Source: an uncultured Gemmatimonadales bacterium (lineage in GTDB: Bacteria; Gemmatimonadota; Gemmatimonadetes; Gemmatimonadales; GWC2-71-9). Taken from it: a stretch of 64,000 bases of DNA. The stretch spans positions 9,802 to 73,801 of the forward strand of contig CAWGJN010000016.1 of assembly GCA_963822925.1 (NCBI GenBank), given 5' to 3'. Positions 19,528 through 29,062 of the stretch are shown here, in pieces (the first letter of the stretch is position 1; the number at the start of each line of letters is the position of its first letter). The position numbers and the translations under genes were made by a program. The notes under the pieces are model-generated. The model did not search any database, had not been told where the DNA came from, and saw only the letters and a list, made by a program, of their open reading frames with translations.

Positions 19528-20891
19528 TCACACTGATTGCTTTCGCCGTCACACTCGGCGTGCTCATTTTCGTCCACGAGTTCGGTCACTTCGCCGCCGC
19601 CAAGTGGGCGGGCATCTGGGTGCACCGCTTCTCGATCGGGATCGGCTCGCCGATACCCGGCCTCACGTTCAAGCGAGGCGAAACCGAATATTCCCTGTCC
19701 TGGCTGCCGCTCGGCGGCTACGTGAAGATGGCGAGCGAGGAGGAAGAGGCCTCGAGTGCCGCACTCGAGGGCAGCACGCCGGAGGCGCAGGTGCCGCCCG
19801 ATCGAATGTTCGAGGCGAAGCCCGTATGGAAGCGCATGATCGTGATCCTGGCCGGCGTCACCATGAACACGCTCTTCGCGTGGGCGATTTTCAGCGGGCT
19901 CGCGCTCAAGAACGGCAAGGCCGTCAATCCGGTCACCGTGGTGGGCGCCGTCGATTCGGCAGCACTTCCGGCTGGGGCGGAGGCGTTCCGCACCCTGCAG
20001 CGTGGCGACCGCATCACGGCCGTCAACGGGCGGCCGGTGGATTCGTGGAATGCCGTCTTCGACCAGCTGCAACACACGTCGGGCAACACGGTGGCGCTGA
20101 CCCTCGCGGACGGTCGCTCGATCACGGCGGACGTGCCGGCCGACGCGGTCGAGCGCCGCATGGCGCTCGCCGTGTCCCTCGGGCCATTCACGCCCGCCGT
20201 GGCCGGGCGAATCGTCCCGGGACGGCCGGCGGAGAGGGCCGGCATGCTGAAGGGCGACACGGTGGTGTCGGTCAATGGGCAGCCCATCGCGCAGTGGGCC
20301 GATTTGCTGGCCGTCATCGAGCGTTCTCCCGGTAGCGAGCTGCGCGTGGGCCTGGGCCGTGTCCCCGGCCGAACGGAAGTCACGGTAACCCCGGAGTCGA
20401 CCACGGTCAGCGACTCGACCGGACCCCGGGTCGTCGGCAAGATCGGGGTCGAGGTGTATACCGGCTTCCGGCGCGAACCCTATTCCGTCCTGGGGGCGCT
20501 CGGCGCCGGCGTGACCGAAACCATCAATGCCTCGACCGTCGTGGTGCGGATGCTCCGGGGACTGGTAAGCGGGAACGTCGCGCGCAGCTCGCTGGGGGGC
20601 CCCATCGCCATCGGGCAGATGGCGGGCCAGAGCGCCCGGATGGGCATGGAGCCGTTCCTGACCTTCATGGCCATCATCTCGATGAACCTGGCGGTGCTCA
20701 ACCTGCTGCCCATCCCGGTCCTGGATGGAGGCCAGTTTGTATTCCTGGTAGGGGAGGCGATCCGGCGAAAGCCACTGCCGCTGAAGCTCCGGGAGCGGCT
20801 CACCCTGGCCGGGCTGGCGATCGTCGGCGCTCTCATGGTGTTCGCCCTGTGGAACGACCTGACACGGCTGGTCCGTCAGATCACCGGCTGA
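19521..20891 (+). CDS. rseP: RIP zinc metalloprotease RseP (M50 family with PDZ domains)
   Basis: HEFGH zinc motif at the N-terminus, PDZ-like middle region, C-terminal NLAVLNLLPIPVLDGG. Confidence 0.92.
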   Translation: MLVTLIAFAVTLGVLIFVHEFGHFAAAKWAGIWVHRFSIGIGSPIPGLTFKRGETEYSLSWLPLGGYVKMASEEEEASSAALEGSTPEAQVPPDRMFEAKPVWKRMIVILAGVTMNTLFAWAIFSGLALKNGKAVNPVTVVGAVDSAALPAGAEAFRTLQRGDRITAVNGRPVDSWNAVFDQLQHTSGNTVALTLADGRSITADVPADAVERRMALAVSLGPFTPAVAGRIVPGRPAERAGMLKGDTVVSVNGQPIAQWADLLAVIERSPGSELRVGLGRVPGRTEVTVTPESTTVSDSTGPRVVGKIGVEVYTGFRREPYSVLGALGAGVTETINASTVVVRMLRGLVSGNVARSSLGGPIAIGQMAGQSARMGMEPFLTFMAIISMNLAVLNLLPIPVLDGGQFVFLVGEAIRRKPLPLKLRERLTLAGLAIVGALMVFALWNDLTRLVRQITG

Positions 20892-20996
20892 GCCCCGGGG
20901 TTGCGGCAGGCTCCAGCGGGGGGTAAATTACCAAGCTGCTAAAGTTCACACACTCAAGCGTTTGCGCACCCTTTGGTGCCAAGGAAAAAGCAGGCA

Positions 20997-21257
20997 ATGA
21001 CGTTCGACAAGACGACGGTGGTCACCAAGCATCGCGCCCACGAGACCGACACCGGATCCACCAAGGTGCAGGTCGCGCTCCTCACCGAGCGGATCAACTC
21101 GCTCACCGAGCACTTCAAGACCCACGCAAAGGACCATCATGGCCGGCGTGGACTGCTCAAGATGGTGGGCAATCGGCGGCGCCTCCTCACCTACCTCAAG
21201 CGGACCGACGTGGTGAACTACCGGTCGCTGATCGAGGAGCTGGGGCTCCGTCACTAG
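20997..21257 (+). CDS. rpsO: 30S ribosomal protein S15
   Basis: ATG 20997 is preceded by AAGGAAAAAG. Contains [43 protein letters not shown]. Confidence 0.93.
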   Translation: MTFDKTTVVTKHRAHETDTGSTKVQVALLTERINSLTEHFKTHAKDHHGRRGLLKMVGNRRRLLTYLKRTDVVNYRSLIEELGLRH

Positions 21258-21270
21258 GATGAAGACAATC

Positions 21271-21313
21271 AGGCGGGCGTCCCGTGCATGCAGCTCGGGA
21301 CGCCCGTTCGCTT
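21271..21313 (+). terminator. rpsO-pnp intergenic hairpin (attenuator or processing-site candidate)
   Basis: GGGCGTCCCG (21274-21283) pairs with CGGGACGCCC (21295-21304) and is followed by a T-rich TTCGCTTT. Its position matches the rpsO terminator/RNase III hairpin known in other bacteria. Confidence 0.55.
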
Positions 21314-21376
21314 TAAAGACCCGATGGCACATTGCGTAGACCAGAAAACCATCAAAGACGAGAGAAGGCAGAGAGA

Positions 21377-23464
21377 GTGACTGTTCAACGGATCGAAACG
21401 GAATTTGCAGGACGCGCCTTGACCCTCGAGACCGGGCGCCTTGCCAAGCAGGCAGCAGGTTCAGCCCTCGTGCGATTTGGCGACACCGTGGTACTGGCGG
21501 CAATTACCGTGTCCCCCAACATCTCCTCGCTGCCGTTCTTCCCGCTCACGGTCGAGTATCGCGAAAAGACGTACGCAGCCGGCAAGATTCCCGGCGGGTT
21601 CCTGAAGCGTGAGGGCCGTCCGTCGGACAAGGAGATTCTTGCCTGCCGGCTGATCGACCGCAGCATCCGCCCACTGTTTCCCGAGGGCTTCAAGAACGAA
21701 GTCCAGGTGTTCGTCACCGTCCTGTCGGCCGACCAGGAAAACGATGCCGATGTGCTCGCCGCCCTGGCCACCTCGGCGGCGCTGGCCCTGTCGCCGGTGC
21801 CGTGGAACGGACCGCTGGCGGCCGTGCGTGTCGGCCGGGTCGACGGGCAGTGGATCCTGAATCCCACGTTCCCGCAGCTCGAGTTCTCGACGATCGACCT
21901 CGTGGTGAGCGGGTCGCAGGACGCGATCTACATGGTGGAGGGCGGCGCGCTCGAGATCTCCGAGCAAGAACTGCTCGACGCCCTCAAGGTGGCGCAGAAG
22001 GGCATCCGCGACCTGGTCGCGCTGCAGAAGAAGGTCATCGACAAGGCCGCCGCGCCGAAGATGAAGTGGACCAGGCCCGAGCCCGATGCGGTCATTCTCG
22101 CACGCGTCCGCGCGCTGGCCGAGGCCTCGATGGCGAAGATGATCAACGCCAAGGACAAGGCGGGCCGTTCTTCCGCGGTGAAGGAGCTGCGCCGCAGCGT
22201 GGCCGAGCAGCTGGTCGCCGAGTTCCCGGACAAGGCCAGGGACATTGCCGCGGAGCTGGACGAGATCGAGTATCGCACCATGCGCAACCAGGTACTGACG
22301 AAGGGCGAGCGGGTCGATGGCCGTGACACCGACACGATCCGTCCCATCAGCATCGAGGCCGGCCTCCTGCCGCGAGTGCATGGGTCCGCGCTCTTCCAGC
22401 GGGGCGAGACGCAGGCCCTGGTCGCCGCGACCCTCGGCACGTCCGACGACGAGCAGCGCATCGACAGCATCGACTCGAACGTCGAGACCAAGAAGTCGTT
22501 CATGCTGCACTACAACTTCCCGCCATTCTCCACCGGCGAAGTGAAGATGATGCGCGGCACCAGCCGGCGCGAAGTCGGCCACGGCGCCCTGGCCGAGCGC
22601 GCCCTGCAGGCGCTGTTGCCGGCGCATGCCGACTTCCCTTACACGCTCCGGATCGTGTCCGAGATCCTCGAGTCGAACGGGTCGTCGTCCATGGCGTCGG
22701 TGTGCGGCGGCTCCCTGGCTCTCATGGATGCAGGCGTGCCGATGAAGGCGGCCTGTGCCGGCGTGGCGATGGGCCTGATCAAGGAAGGCGACAAGGTGGC
22801 GGTGCTCACCGACATCCTCGGCTCCGAGGACGCCCTCGGCGACATGGACTTCAAGGTGGCCGGTACGGAGCAGGGCATCACCGCGATCCAGATGGACATC
22901 AAGATCGAGGGCCTGACCATCGAGATCATGACGGATGCGCTCGAGCGCGCTCGCAAGGGCCGGCTGCACATCCTGAAGGAGATGGCAAAAGTCCTGGCCG
23001 CGCCGCGCGCCGAGCTGTCGAAGTACGCGCCGCGCATCTTTACGCTGCAGATCAAGCCGGACAAGATCGGCGACCTGATCGGGCCGAAGGGCAAGACGAT
23101 CCGCGGCATTCAGGAAGCCACGGGCGCCAAGATCTCCGTGGAAGACACGGGTATCGTCACCATCGCGGCTGTCGGCGGCGAGGCGGGCGACCGGGCGAAG
23201 GAGATGGTCATGGCCATCACGGCGGAGCCCGAGGTCGGCAAGATCTACGAGGGGCCGGTCAAGAGTACCACGCCGTTCGGTGCCTTCGTCGAGATCATCC
23301 CGGGCGTCGAGGGACTGCTCCATATCAGCGAGCTGCAGCACGGTCGCGTGGAAAAGACGGAGGACGTGGTCAAGAAGGGTGACATGGTCAAGGTCAAGCT
23401 GCTGGAAGTCGATGACCGGGGCCGCATGAAGCTTTCCCGGAAGGCGTTGATCCCGAAGGAGTAG
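21377..23464 (+). CDS. pnp: polynucleotide phosphorylase
   Basis: Two RNase PH domains, then KH (IGPKGKTIRGIQE) and S1 (GAFVEI.PGVEGLLHISEL) domains. GTG 21377 after GAGAAGGCAGAGAG is preferred. The ORF-track ATG at 21332 is also possible. Confidence 0.95.
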   Translation: MTVQRIETEFAGRALTLETGRLAKQAAGSALVRFGDTVVLAAITVSPNISSLPFFPLTVEYREKTYAAGKIPGGFLKREGRPSDKEILACRLIDRSIRPLFPEGFKNEVQVFVTVLSADQENDADVLAALATSAALALSPVPWNGPLAAVRVGRVDGQWILNPTFPQLEFSTIDLVVSGSQDAIYMVEGGALEISEQELLDALKVAQKGIRDLVALQKKVIDKAAAPKMKWTRPEPDAVILARVRALAEASMAKMINAKDKAGRSSAVKELRRSVAEQLVAEFPDKARDIAAELDEIEYRTMRNQVLTKGERVDGRDTDTIRPISIEAGLLPRVHGSALFQRGETQALVAATLGTSDDEQRIDSIDSNVETKKSFMLHYNFPPFSTGEVKMMRGTSRREVGHGALAERALQALLPAHADFPYTLRIVSEILESNGSSSMASVCGGSLALMDAGVPMKAACAGVAMGLIKEGDKVAVLTDILGSEDALGDMDFKVAGTEQGITAIQMDIKIEGLTIEIMTDALERARKGRLHILKEMAKVLAAPRAELSKYAPRIFTLQIKPDKIGDLIGPKGKTIRGIQEATGAKISVEDTGIVTIAAVGGEAGDRAKEMVMAITAEPEVGKIYEGPVKSTTPFGAFVEIIPGVEGLLHISELQHGRVEKTEDVVKKGDMVKVKLLEVDDRGRMKLSRKALIPKE

Positions 23465-23468
23465 TCCC

Positions 23469-24734
23469 GTGCGCACCGAGCAGCTCGACGCCGGGCTCTT
23501 CCGCTCTACTGCGTCGAACGGGCTCGTGGTGCTGTCGGAAACCCTGCCCGGCGTCCGCTCTGCGGCCGTCGGGCTTTGGGTGCGAACCGCCAGTGGTCAC
23601 GAGCCCGTCGGCCAGATGGGCATTTCCCACCTGCTGGAACACATGGTGTTCAAGGGCACGGAACGCCGGGGCGCGCGCGAGCTCGCCCTGGCGCTGGAGG
23701 AGCGTGGTGGCAGCCTGGATGCCTTCACCGGCCGCGACACCACCAGCTTCCAGGCCCATGTACTCGATCGCGACCTCCCGCTCGCGGTGGACGTGCTTAC
23801 TGACCTGGTACGCCGTCCGCTCCTGCGCCAGTCCGACCTCGACCTCGAGCGCAAGGTCATCCTCGAGGAGATCAGCGGCGTGGACGACACGCCCGACGAT
23901 CTGGTGTTCGAGCTCCACGCCCGCGCCCTGTGGCCCGAGCATCCCTACGGTTACTCCATTCTCGGTACCCGCGAGACAGTGAGCGCGCTGACTGCCGTCG
24001 ACCTCCGGCGGCTGCACGATGAAGCATATTTCCCGGCCAACTGCGTGATCGCCGCAGCGGGGAACGTGGAGCATGAGGTGCTCCTCGCGGCACTGGACCA
24101 CGAGGGCTGGTTCGCCGGCGCGGCGCGCCAACCCCGCTCTGCCGTTTCTGCCGAACCGGCACAGCGCGGCATCGTGCGCAGCGCCGAGCGTGACACCACG
24201 CAGTCGCACATTGTGCTCGGTACCGACACCTTCAACATCGGGGATCCGCGGCGCTTCGCCATGTCGATCCTGGTCAACGCGCTCGGCGGCGGCATGTCCA
24301 GCCGCCTGTTCCAGCGCGTCAGGGAGGAACTGGGACTCGCGTACGCGGTGTACGCTTACAACCAGTTTCATCAGGGCACCGGGCAGCTGGGCATCTACGT
24401 CGGCACCCAGCCCGAGACTGCCGATGCGGCCCTGGCTGCGATCCAGCAGGAGCTGCGGCATCTGGCCGACACCGGCCTTGACGCCCACGAGCTGGTCGCC
24501 GGGAAGCGGCAGCTGCAGGGGCAGTTGATGCTGGCGCTGGAGAGTCCCGGCGCCCGCATGAGCCGGCTGGCGACCTTCACGCTGCATCGTGAGCCGTATC
24601 GCACCCTGGACACGATCATCCAGGAGATCGAGGCGGTGCCGGCTTCACAGGTTGCCGCGGTGGCATCGGAGTTCCTCGATCCCGACCGGCAGACAGTGCA
24701 GAGGCTGGGACCGGAAAAGGCCGTGAACAGTTGA
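23469..24734 (+). CDS. M16 family zinc peptidase
   Basis: GTG start 5 nt after the pnp stop. The inverted zinc motif HLLEHMVFKGT...E is present. 421 aa. Confidence 0.9.
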   Translation: MRTEQLDAGLFRSTASNGLVVLSETLPGVRSAAVGLWVRTASGHEPVGQMGISHLLEHMVFKGTERRGARELALALEERGGSLDAFTGRDTTSFQAHVLDRDLPLAVDVLTDLVRRPLLRQSDLDLERKVILEEISGVDDTPDDLVFELHARALWPEHPYGYSILGTRETVSALTAVDLRRLHDEAYFPANCVIAAAGNVEHEVLLAALDHEGWFAGAARQPRSAVSAEPAQRGIVRSAERDTTQSHIVLGTDTFNIGDPRRFAMSILVNALGGGMSSRLFQRVREELGLAYAVYAYNQFHQGTGQLGIYVGTQPETADAALAAIQQELRHLADTGLDAHELVAGKRQLQGQLMLALESPGARMSRLATFTLHREPYRTLDTIIQEIEAVPASQVAAVASEFLDPDRQTVQRLGPEKAVNS

Positions 24735-24791
24735 CGGTGAACAGTGAACGGGTCGTCATGTCCCGTTTACCGTTTACCGTTCACCGTTCAC
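24723..24791. repeat. long imperfect palindrome built from tandem GTGAACG / CCGTTYA heptamers (copy 2)
   Basis: Left arm GTGAACAGTTGACGGTGAACAGTGAACGGG (24723-24752), 9-nt loop, right arm CCCGTTTACCGTTTACCGTTCACCGTTCAC (24762-24791). 24 of 30 positions pair as Watson-Crick, plus 2 G:U. The left arm contains the M16 stop codon (24732-24734). Confidence 0.7.
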
Positions 24792-24824
24792 CAATCAGGG
24801 CAAACTCAACGCACGGACAGGGCC

Positions 24825-25940
24825 ATGCTCATCGGCGTACCGAAGGAAATCAAGACGAACGAGAATCGCGTCGCTCTCGCACCCGCGGGCGCCGAGGCGC
24901 TCATCAGCCAGGGACACGCGGTGCTGCTCGAACAGGGCGCCGGCATCGGCAGCGGGTTCGCCGATGAGACGTACGTCGCCGCCGGCGCACAGATCCTGGC
25001 CACGGCCGACGAGGTGTGGCAGCGCGCCGAGATGATCATGAAGGTGAAGGAGCCGATCGAGGTGGAATGGCCCCGCATGCGGGCGGGCCAGCTGATCTAC
25101 ACGTACTTCCACTTCGCTGCCGCCGAGGCACTGACGAAGGCGGTCATCAAGTCGGGCGCGATCGCGGTGGCGTACGAAACCGTGCAGCTGCCCTCCGGCG
25201 AGCTGCCGCTGCTGACGCCGATGTCCGAAGTGGCGGGGCGCATGGCGGTGCAGCAGGGCGCCAAGTACCTGGAGAAGGTGTTCGGTGGCACCGGGGTGCT
25301 GCTGGGCGGCGTGCCGGGCGTGGCGCCAGGCGCGGTGGTGATCCTCGGCGGCGGCGTGGTGGGCATCAACGCGGCGAAGATGGCCGCGGGTCTGGGCGCG
25401 CACGTCACCATCCTCGACATCTCGCTCGACCGGCTTCGCTATCTGGATGACGTGCTGCCGGCCAACGTCGATACGCTCTATTCAAACCGCTTTAACATCC
25501 TCGAAGCCATCAAGCGTGCCGACCTGGTGATTGGTGCGGTGTTGCTGCCGGGCGCCAAGGCGCCTCACCTGGTGAAGCGGCCCGACCTCAAGCTGATGCG
25601 TCCAGGCGCTGTTATCGTGGACGTGGCGGTGGACCAGGGCGGATGCGTTGAGACGATCAAGCCGACCACGCACGAAAACCCGACGTATTTCGTCGACGGG
25701 ATCCTGCACTATGGCGTGGCCAACATGCCGGGCGGCGTGCCGCGCACCTCCACCCTGGCCCTGACCAATGCGACGCTGCCCTATGGGATGAAGCTGGCGC
25801 GCATGGGGTGGAAGGAAGCCTGCCGGTCGGACGGAGCCCTGCGGTTGGGGCTCAACGTGGTTCAGGGGAAGGTGGTATATCCGGGCGTCGCCGAGGCATT
25901 CGGCCTGCCGCTGGCGGATGTTGCGGCGGTGCTGGCCTAG
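24825..25940 (+). CDS. ald: alanine dehydrogenase
   Basis: [53 protein letters not shown]. Confidence 0.94.
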   Translation: MLIGVPKEIKTNENRVALAPAGAEALISQGHAVLLEQGAGIGSGFADETYVAAGAQILATADEVWQRAEMIMKVKEPIEVEWPRMRAGQLIYTYFHFAAAEALTKAVIKSGAIAVAYETVQLPSGELPLLTPMSEVAGRMAVQQGAKYLEKVFGGTGVLLGGVPGVAPGAVVILGGGVVGINAAKMAAGLGAHVTILDISLDRLRYLDDVLPANVDTLYSNRFNILEAIKRADLVIGAVLLPGAKAPHLVKRPDLKLMRPGAVIVDVAVDQGGCVETIKPTTHENPTYFVDGILHYGVANMPGGVPRTSTLALTNATLPYGMKLARMGWKEACRSDGALRLGLNVVQGKVVYPGVAEAFGLPLADVAAVLA

Positions 25941-25941
25941 G

Positions 25942-26379
25942 ATGATCGACGTCGAGATCGTCAGGCTGCCCCATGGGGAGGGACTCCCTGAGCCCGCCGC
26001 CGCCACCCCCGGGGCGGCGGGGTACGACATCGCGAGTGCGGACGACGTGTATCTGCCGCCGGGAGCACGCCACTTGGTCCGCACGGGGTTCGCCATCGCG
26101 ATCCCGGCGGGATTCGAATGCCAGATCCGCCCCCGGTCGGGCCTGGCTCTAAAGCACGGCGTGACGCTGCCCAACACCCCGGCGACCATCGATAGCGACT
26201 ATCGGGGCGAACTCAAGGTGGCGCTGATCAACCTCGGCGCCGATCCTTTCCGTGTCACCCGCGGCATGCGCATTGCCCAGTTGGTGTTCGCCCGGGTGGA
26301 GTCAGTGACCTTCCGCCGGGCCGAGGTGCTGGGAGCCACCGGCCGGGGGGAGGGGGGCTTTGGCAGCACCGGGCACTGA
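25942..26379 (+). CDS. dut: dUTP diphosphatase
   Basis: [38 protein letters not shown] is 2 nt after the ald stop. Confidence 0.94.
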   Translation: MIDVEIVRLPHGEGLPEPAAATPGAAGYDIASADDVYLPPGARHLVRTGFAIAIPAGFECQIRPRSGLALKHGVTLPNTPATIDSDYRGELKVALINLGADPFRVTRGMRIAQLVFARVESVTFRRAEVLGATGRGEGGFGSTGH

Positions 26380-26468
26380 CGAGAACTGCTTTGGTGTGTT
26401 GATTGGCAACACCCCCTGCCGTAAGTTTCGATCTCACTTGATTTAAAGTGTTCCCCCGGGCGGTGAAA

Positions 26469-27500
26469 ATGTCACGGTTCAATCTCGGTTCATTCCTCCC
26501 TGCAAACGAAATTGCGGTGGATCTCGGTACCGCCAACACCCTCATCTATGTGAAGGGTGAAGGGATCGTGCTCAACGAACCCTCCGTGGTGGCCATCGAG
26601 AAAGCCACCGGCAAGATCAAGGGCATCGGACTCGAGGCGAAGCGAATGCTTGGGCGCACGCCCGACGGCATCCTCGCCGTGCGGCCGCTGAAGGATGGCG
26701 TGATCGCCGACTTCGACGTGACCGAGAAGATGCTGCGCTACTTCCTCAAGACGATCATCGACAAACACATCTTCCGCGTGAAGCCGAAGGTCATCGTCTG
26801 CGTGCCATCCGGCATCACCGAGGTGGAGCGCCGCGCGGTGCGCGACTCGGCGGAGACAGCGGGGGCGAAGCAGGTGCTGATGGTGGCCGAGCCGATGGCG
26901 GCCGCGATCGGCGTCGGCCTTCCCGTGGAAACGCCGACTGGCAACATGGTGATCGACATCGGTGGCGGTACCACCGAAATCGCAGTCATCGCGCTCTCCG
27001 GCATCGTATCGGACACGTCGATCCGCACCGGGGGCGATGAGCTCGACCAGGCCATCGTGCAGTTCATGCGCAAGAATTACAACCTGCTCGTGGGTGAGCC
27101 GACGGCGGAGATGATCAAGATCAAGATCGGCTCGGCAGCCCCGGTGGGCGAAGAGCGCGAGATGGAAGTGAAAGGTCGCGACCTGGTTTCTGGTATCCCG
27201 AAGACGGTGCGGGTGCACTCGAGTGAAATTCGCGAGGCGGTACAGGAGCCCATCCAGCAGATCGTCGATGCCGTGCGTCGCGCGCTCGAGATTACGCCCC
27301 CCGAGCTGGCCAGCGATATCGTCGACCGCGGCATCGTCATGACCGGCGGTGGGGCCCTCATTCGTGGGCTCGATGTGCTGCTGCAGCAGGAGACGGGGCT
27401 GCCGATCCATGTGGACGAGGATCCACTCACCTGCGTCGTTCGCGGCACCGGCCGTATTCTCGACGACTTCGAGAAATTCCGCAGCGTCCTCTCCGCCTGA
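26469..27500 (+). CDS. mreB: rod shape-determining protein MreB
   Basis: [40 protein letters not shown]. Confidence 0.95.
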   Translation: MSRFNLGSFLPANEIAVDLGTANTLIYVKGEGIVLNEPSVVAIEKATGKIKGIGLEAKRMLGRTPDGILAVRPLKDGVIADFDVTEKMLRYFLKTIIDKHIFRVKPKVIVCVPSGITEVERRAVRDSAETAGAKQVLMVAEPMAAAIGVGLPVETPTGNMVIDIGGGTTEIAVIALSGIVSDTSIRTGGDELDQAIVQFMRKNYNLLVGEPTAEMIKIKIGSAAPVGEEREMEVKGRDLVSGIPKTVRVHSSEIREAVQEPIQQIVDAVRRALEITPPELASDIVDRGIVMTGGGALIRGLDVLLQQETGLPIHVDEDPLTCVVRGTGRILDDFEKFRSVLSA

Positions 27501-27503
27501 TCC

Positions 27504-28562
27504 ATGGCGCGGGTCACGGAGCGCTGGGAGTCCCGCCGAGATACGTGGACGTTTGCCGGATGCATGCTGCTCTCCGCCCTGGCGTTGCTGATGCCGGCCA
27601 GCTGGGGCATGGCGGTCGCGTCCTCGCTGCGCACGACGGCGCTGGCACCCTTCGTGTGGCTTCAGGAACGCGCGGCCGAAGGCCGAACCAGCCGCACCCG
27701 TTTCCGCGCCGTTGCATCCGAACGTGACTCCCTTGCCGAACTGAGCCGTGCCTTGTCCGGGCTGGTCCAGGAGAACGCGCAGTTGCGCAGCCTCCTCGAC
27801 CTCACGGTGCGCACCGGGCCAGGGTTCATACCCGCGGAAGTGCTGCACCAGACGCTGCCGACGGACGGCCGAACGCTGCTGCTCGATGCCGGCAAGGCTG
27901 ACGGAGTCGAAGCGCTCGACCCGGTGGTCACTCCCGAGGGGCTCATCGGGGCCATTCGCGAAGTCGACCAGCACACCAGCATTGCCATGACGTGGGCCCA
28001 TCCGGAATTCCGCGTGAGCGCGGTGTCGGCCAACGGCCAGGTGGCCGGCATCGTGGGCCCGACCTCCACCGGCGATGCAAGCCGCACCGGCCTCGAGTTC
28101 CGGGCAATTACCTATCGCGATACGCTGGCAGATGGGGCCGTCATCATCGCGTCCGGGCTCGGTGGGGTCTATCCGCGTGGGGTGCCGGTCGGCACCGTGG
28201 TTGGCGTCGAGCGGGAACAGCTCGGTTGGGAGCGGGTCTACCGGATACGGCCGTCAGCCCAGCCGAGTGTCGCAGGACACGTCCTGATTTTGCACGGTGC
28301 CACACCCCTCCGTATTCCAGCCGCATTTGCGGTGCGCCCGGACACCACGGATTCGGTCGCCACAAGGCCGCCTGAGGCCTTCGTGGCCCCGCAGGCGGTC
28401 CCGGTCGACTCGGCGGCACGGGCGCGGCGCAGGCGCCTCAGGGCCGATTCTGTGGCCTCTGCCGCAGCAGGGGGAGCCTCGGTGCCGGGGACCGCGCCGG
28501 AGCCAGTCACTCAAGCCCCGCCGGCCCCAGCCGCCGCCGACACCGGCCCGGGCACACGATGA
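27504..28562 (+). CDS. mreC: rod shape-determining protein MreC (Pro/Ala-rich C-terminal tail)
   Basis: Lies after mreB. N-terminal TM segment, coiled region (ENAQLRSLL), and beta-rich core with GLGGVYPRGVPVG.V. Confidence 0.88.
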   Translation: MARVTERWESRRDTWTFAGCMLLSALALLMPASWGMAVASSLRTTALAPFVWLQERAAEGRTSRTRFRAVASERDSLAELSRALSGLVQENAQLRSLLDLTVRTGPGFIPAEVLHQTLPTDGRTLLLDAGKADGVEALDPVVTPEGLIGAIREVDQHTSIAMTWAHPEFRVSAVSANGQVAGIVGPTSTGDASRTGLEFRAITYRDTLADGAVIIASGLGGVYPRGVPVGTVVGVEREQLGWERVYRIRPSAQPSVAGHVLILHGATPLRIPAAFAVRPDTTDSVATRPPEAFVAPQAVPVDSAARARRRRLRADSVASAAAGGASVPGTAPEPVTQAPPAPAAADTGPGTR

Positions 28563-29062
28563 CGAGTGCCAAGGCAGCCAACCGGGTCCAGCTCACGGTG
28601 GCGCTCGGCCTGCTGCTCTTCCTCCAGTTCTACGTGCGCCCGCGACTGTTCGAGGGGCGCTATGCCCCTGATTTCGTCATGATTGGCCTCGTACTTCTCG
28701 CGTTGCGCAGCGGCCCCGGAGTAGGCGCCCTGGCGGGGTTCCTGGTTGGCCTTGCCAGTGATGCACTGAGCCCTGCCCGGTTCGGTGCGGCCGCCCTCGC
28801 CAACACGCTGGTTGGTTATCTGGCGGCACAGACCCGCGCCTTCTTCTTCGCCGACAACATCCTGGTCAACGCCGGCTTCCTGTTCGGCGCGGTGTGGCTG
28901 CGCGACCTGATTGTCCTCGTGGCCAGCGGCTCGGGCGACCAGGGCCTCGCTACCTCACTGCTGATCGACGCCCCGCTTCAGGCGCTCACCACCGCGCTCG
29001 CGGGCACAGTGCTGCTGGTGCTGTTCGGGGGCTGGTTCCGGATCAGGCTGGATCAGCAATGA
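28559..29062 (+). CDS. mreD: rod shape-determining protein MreD
   Basis: 167 aa, very hydrophobic, ATGA-coupled between mreC and mrdA. Confidence 0.8.
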   Translation: MTSAKAANRVQLTVALGLLLFLQFYVRPRLFEGRYAPDFVMIGLVLLALRSGPGVGALAGFLVGLASDALSPARFGAAALANTLVGYLAAQTRAFFFADNILVNAGFLFGAVWLRDLIVLVASGSGDQGLATSLLIDAPLQALTTALAGTVLLVLFGGWFRIRLDQQ

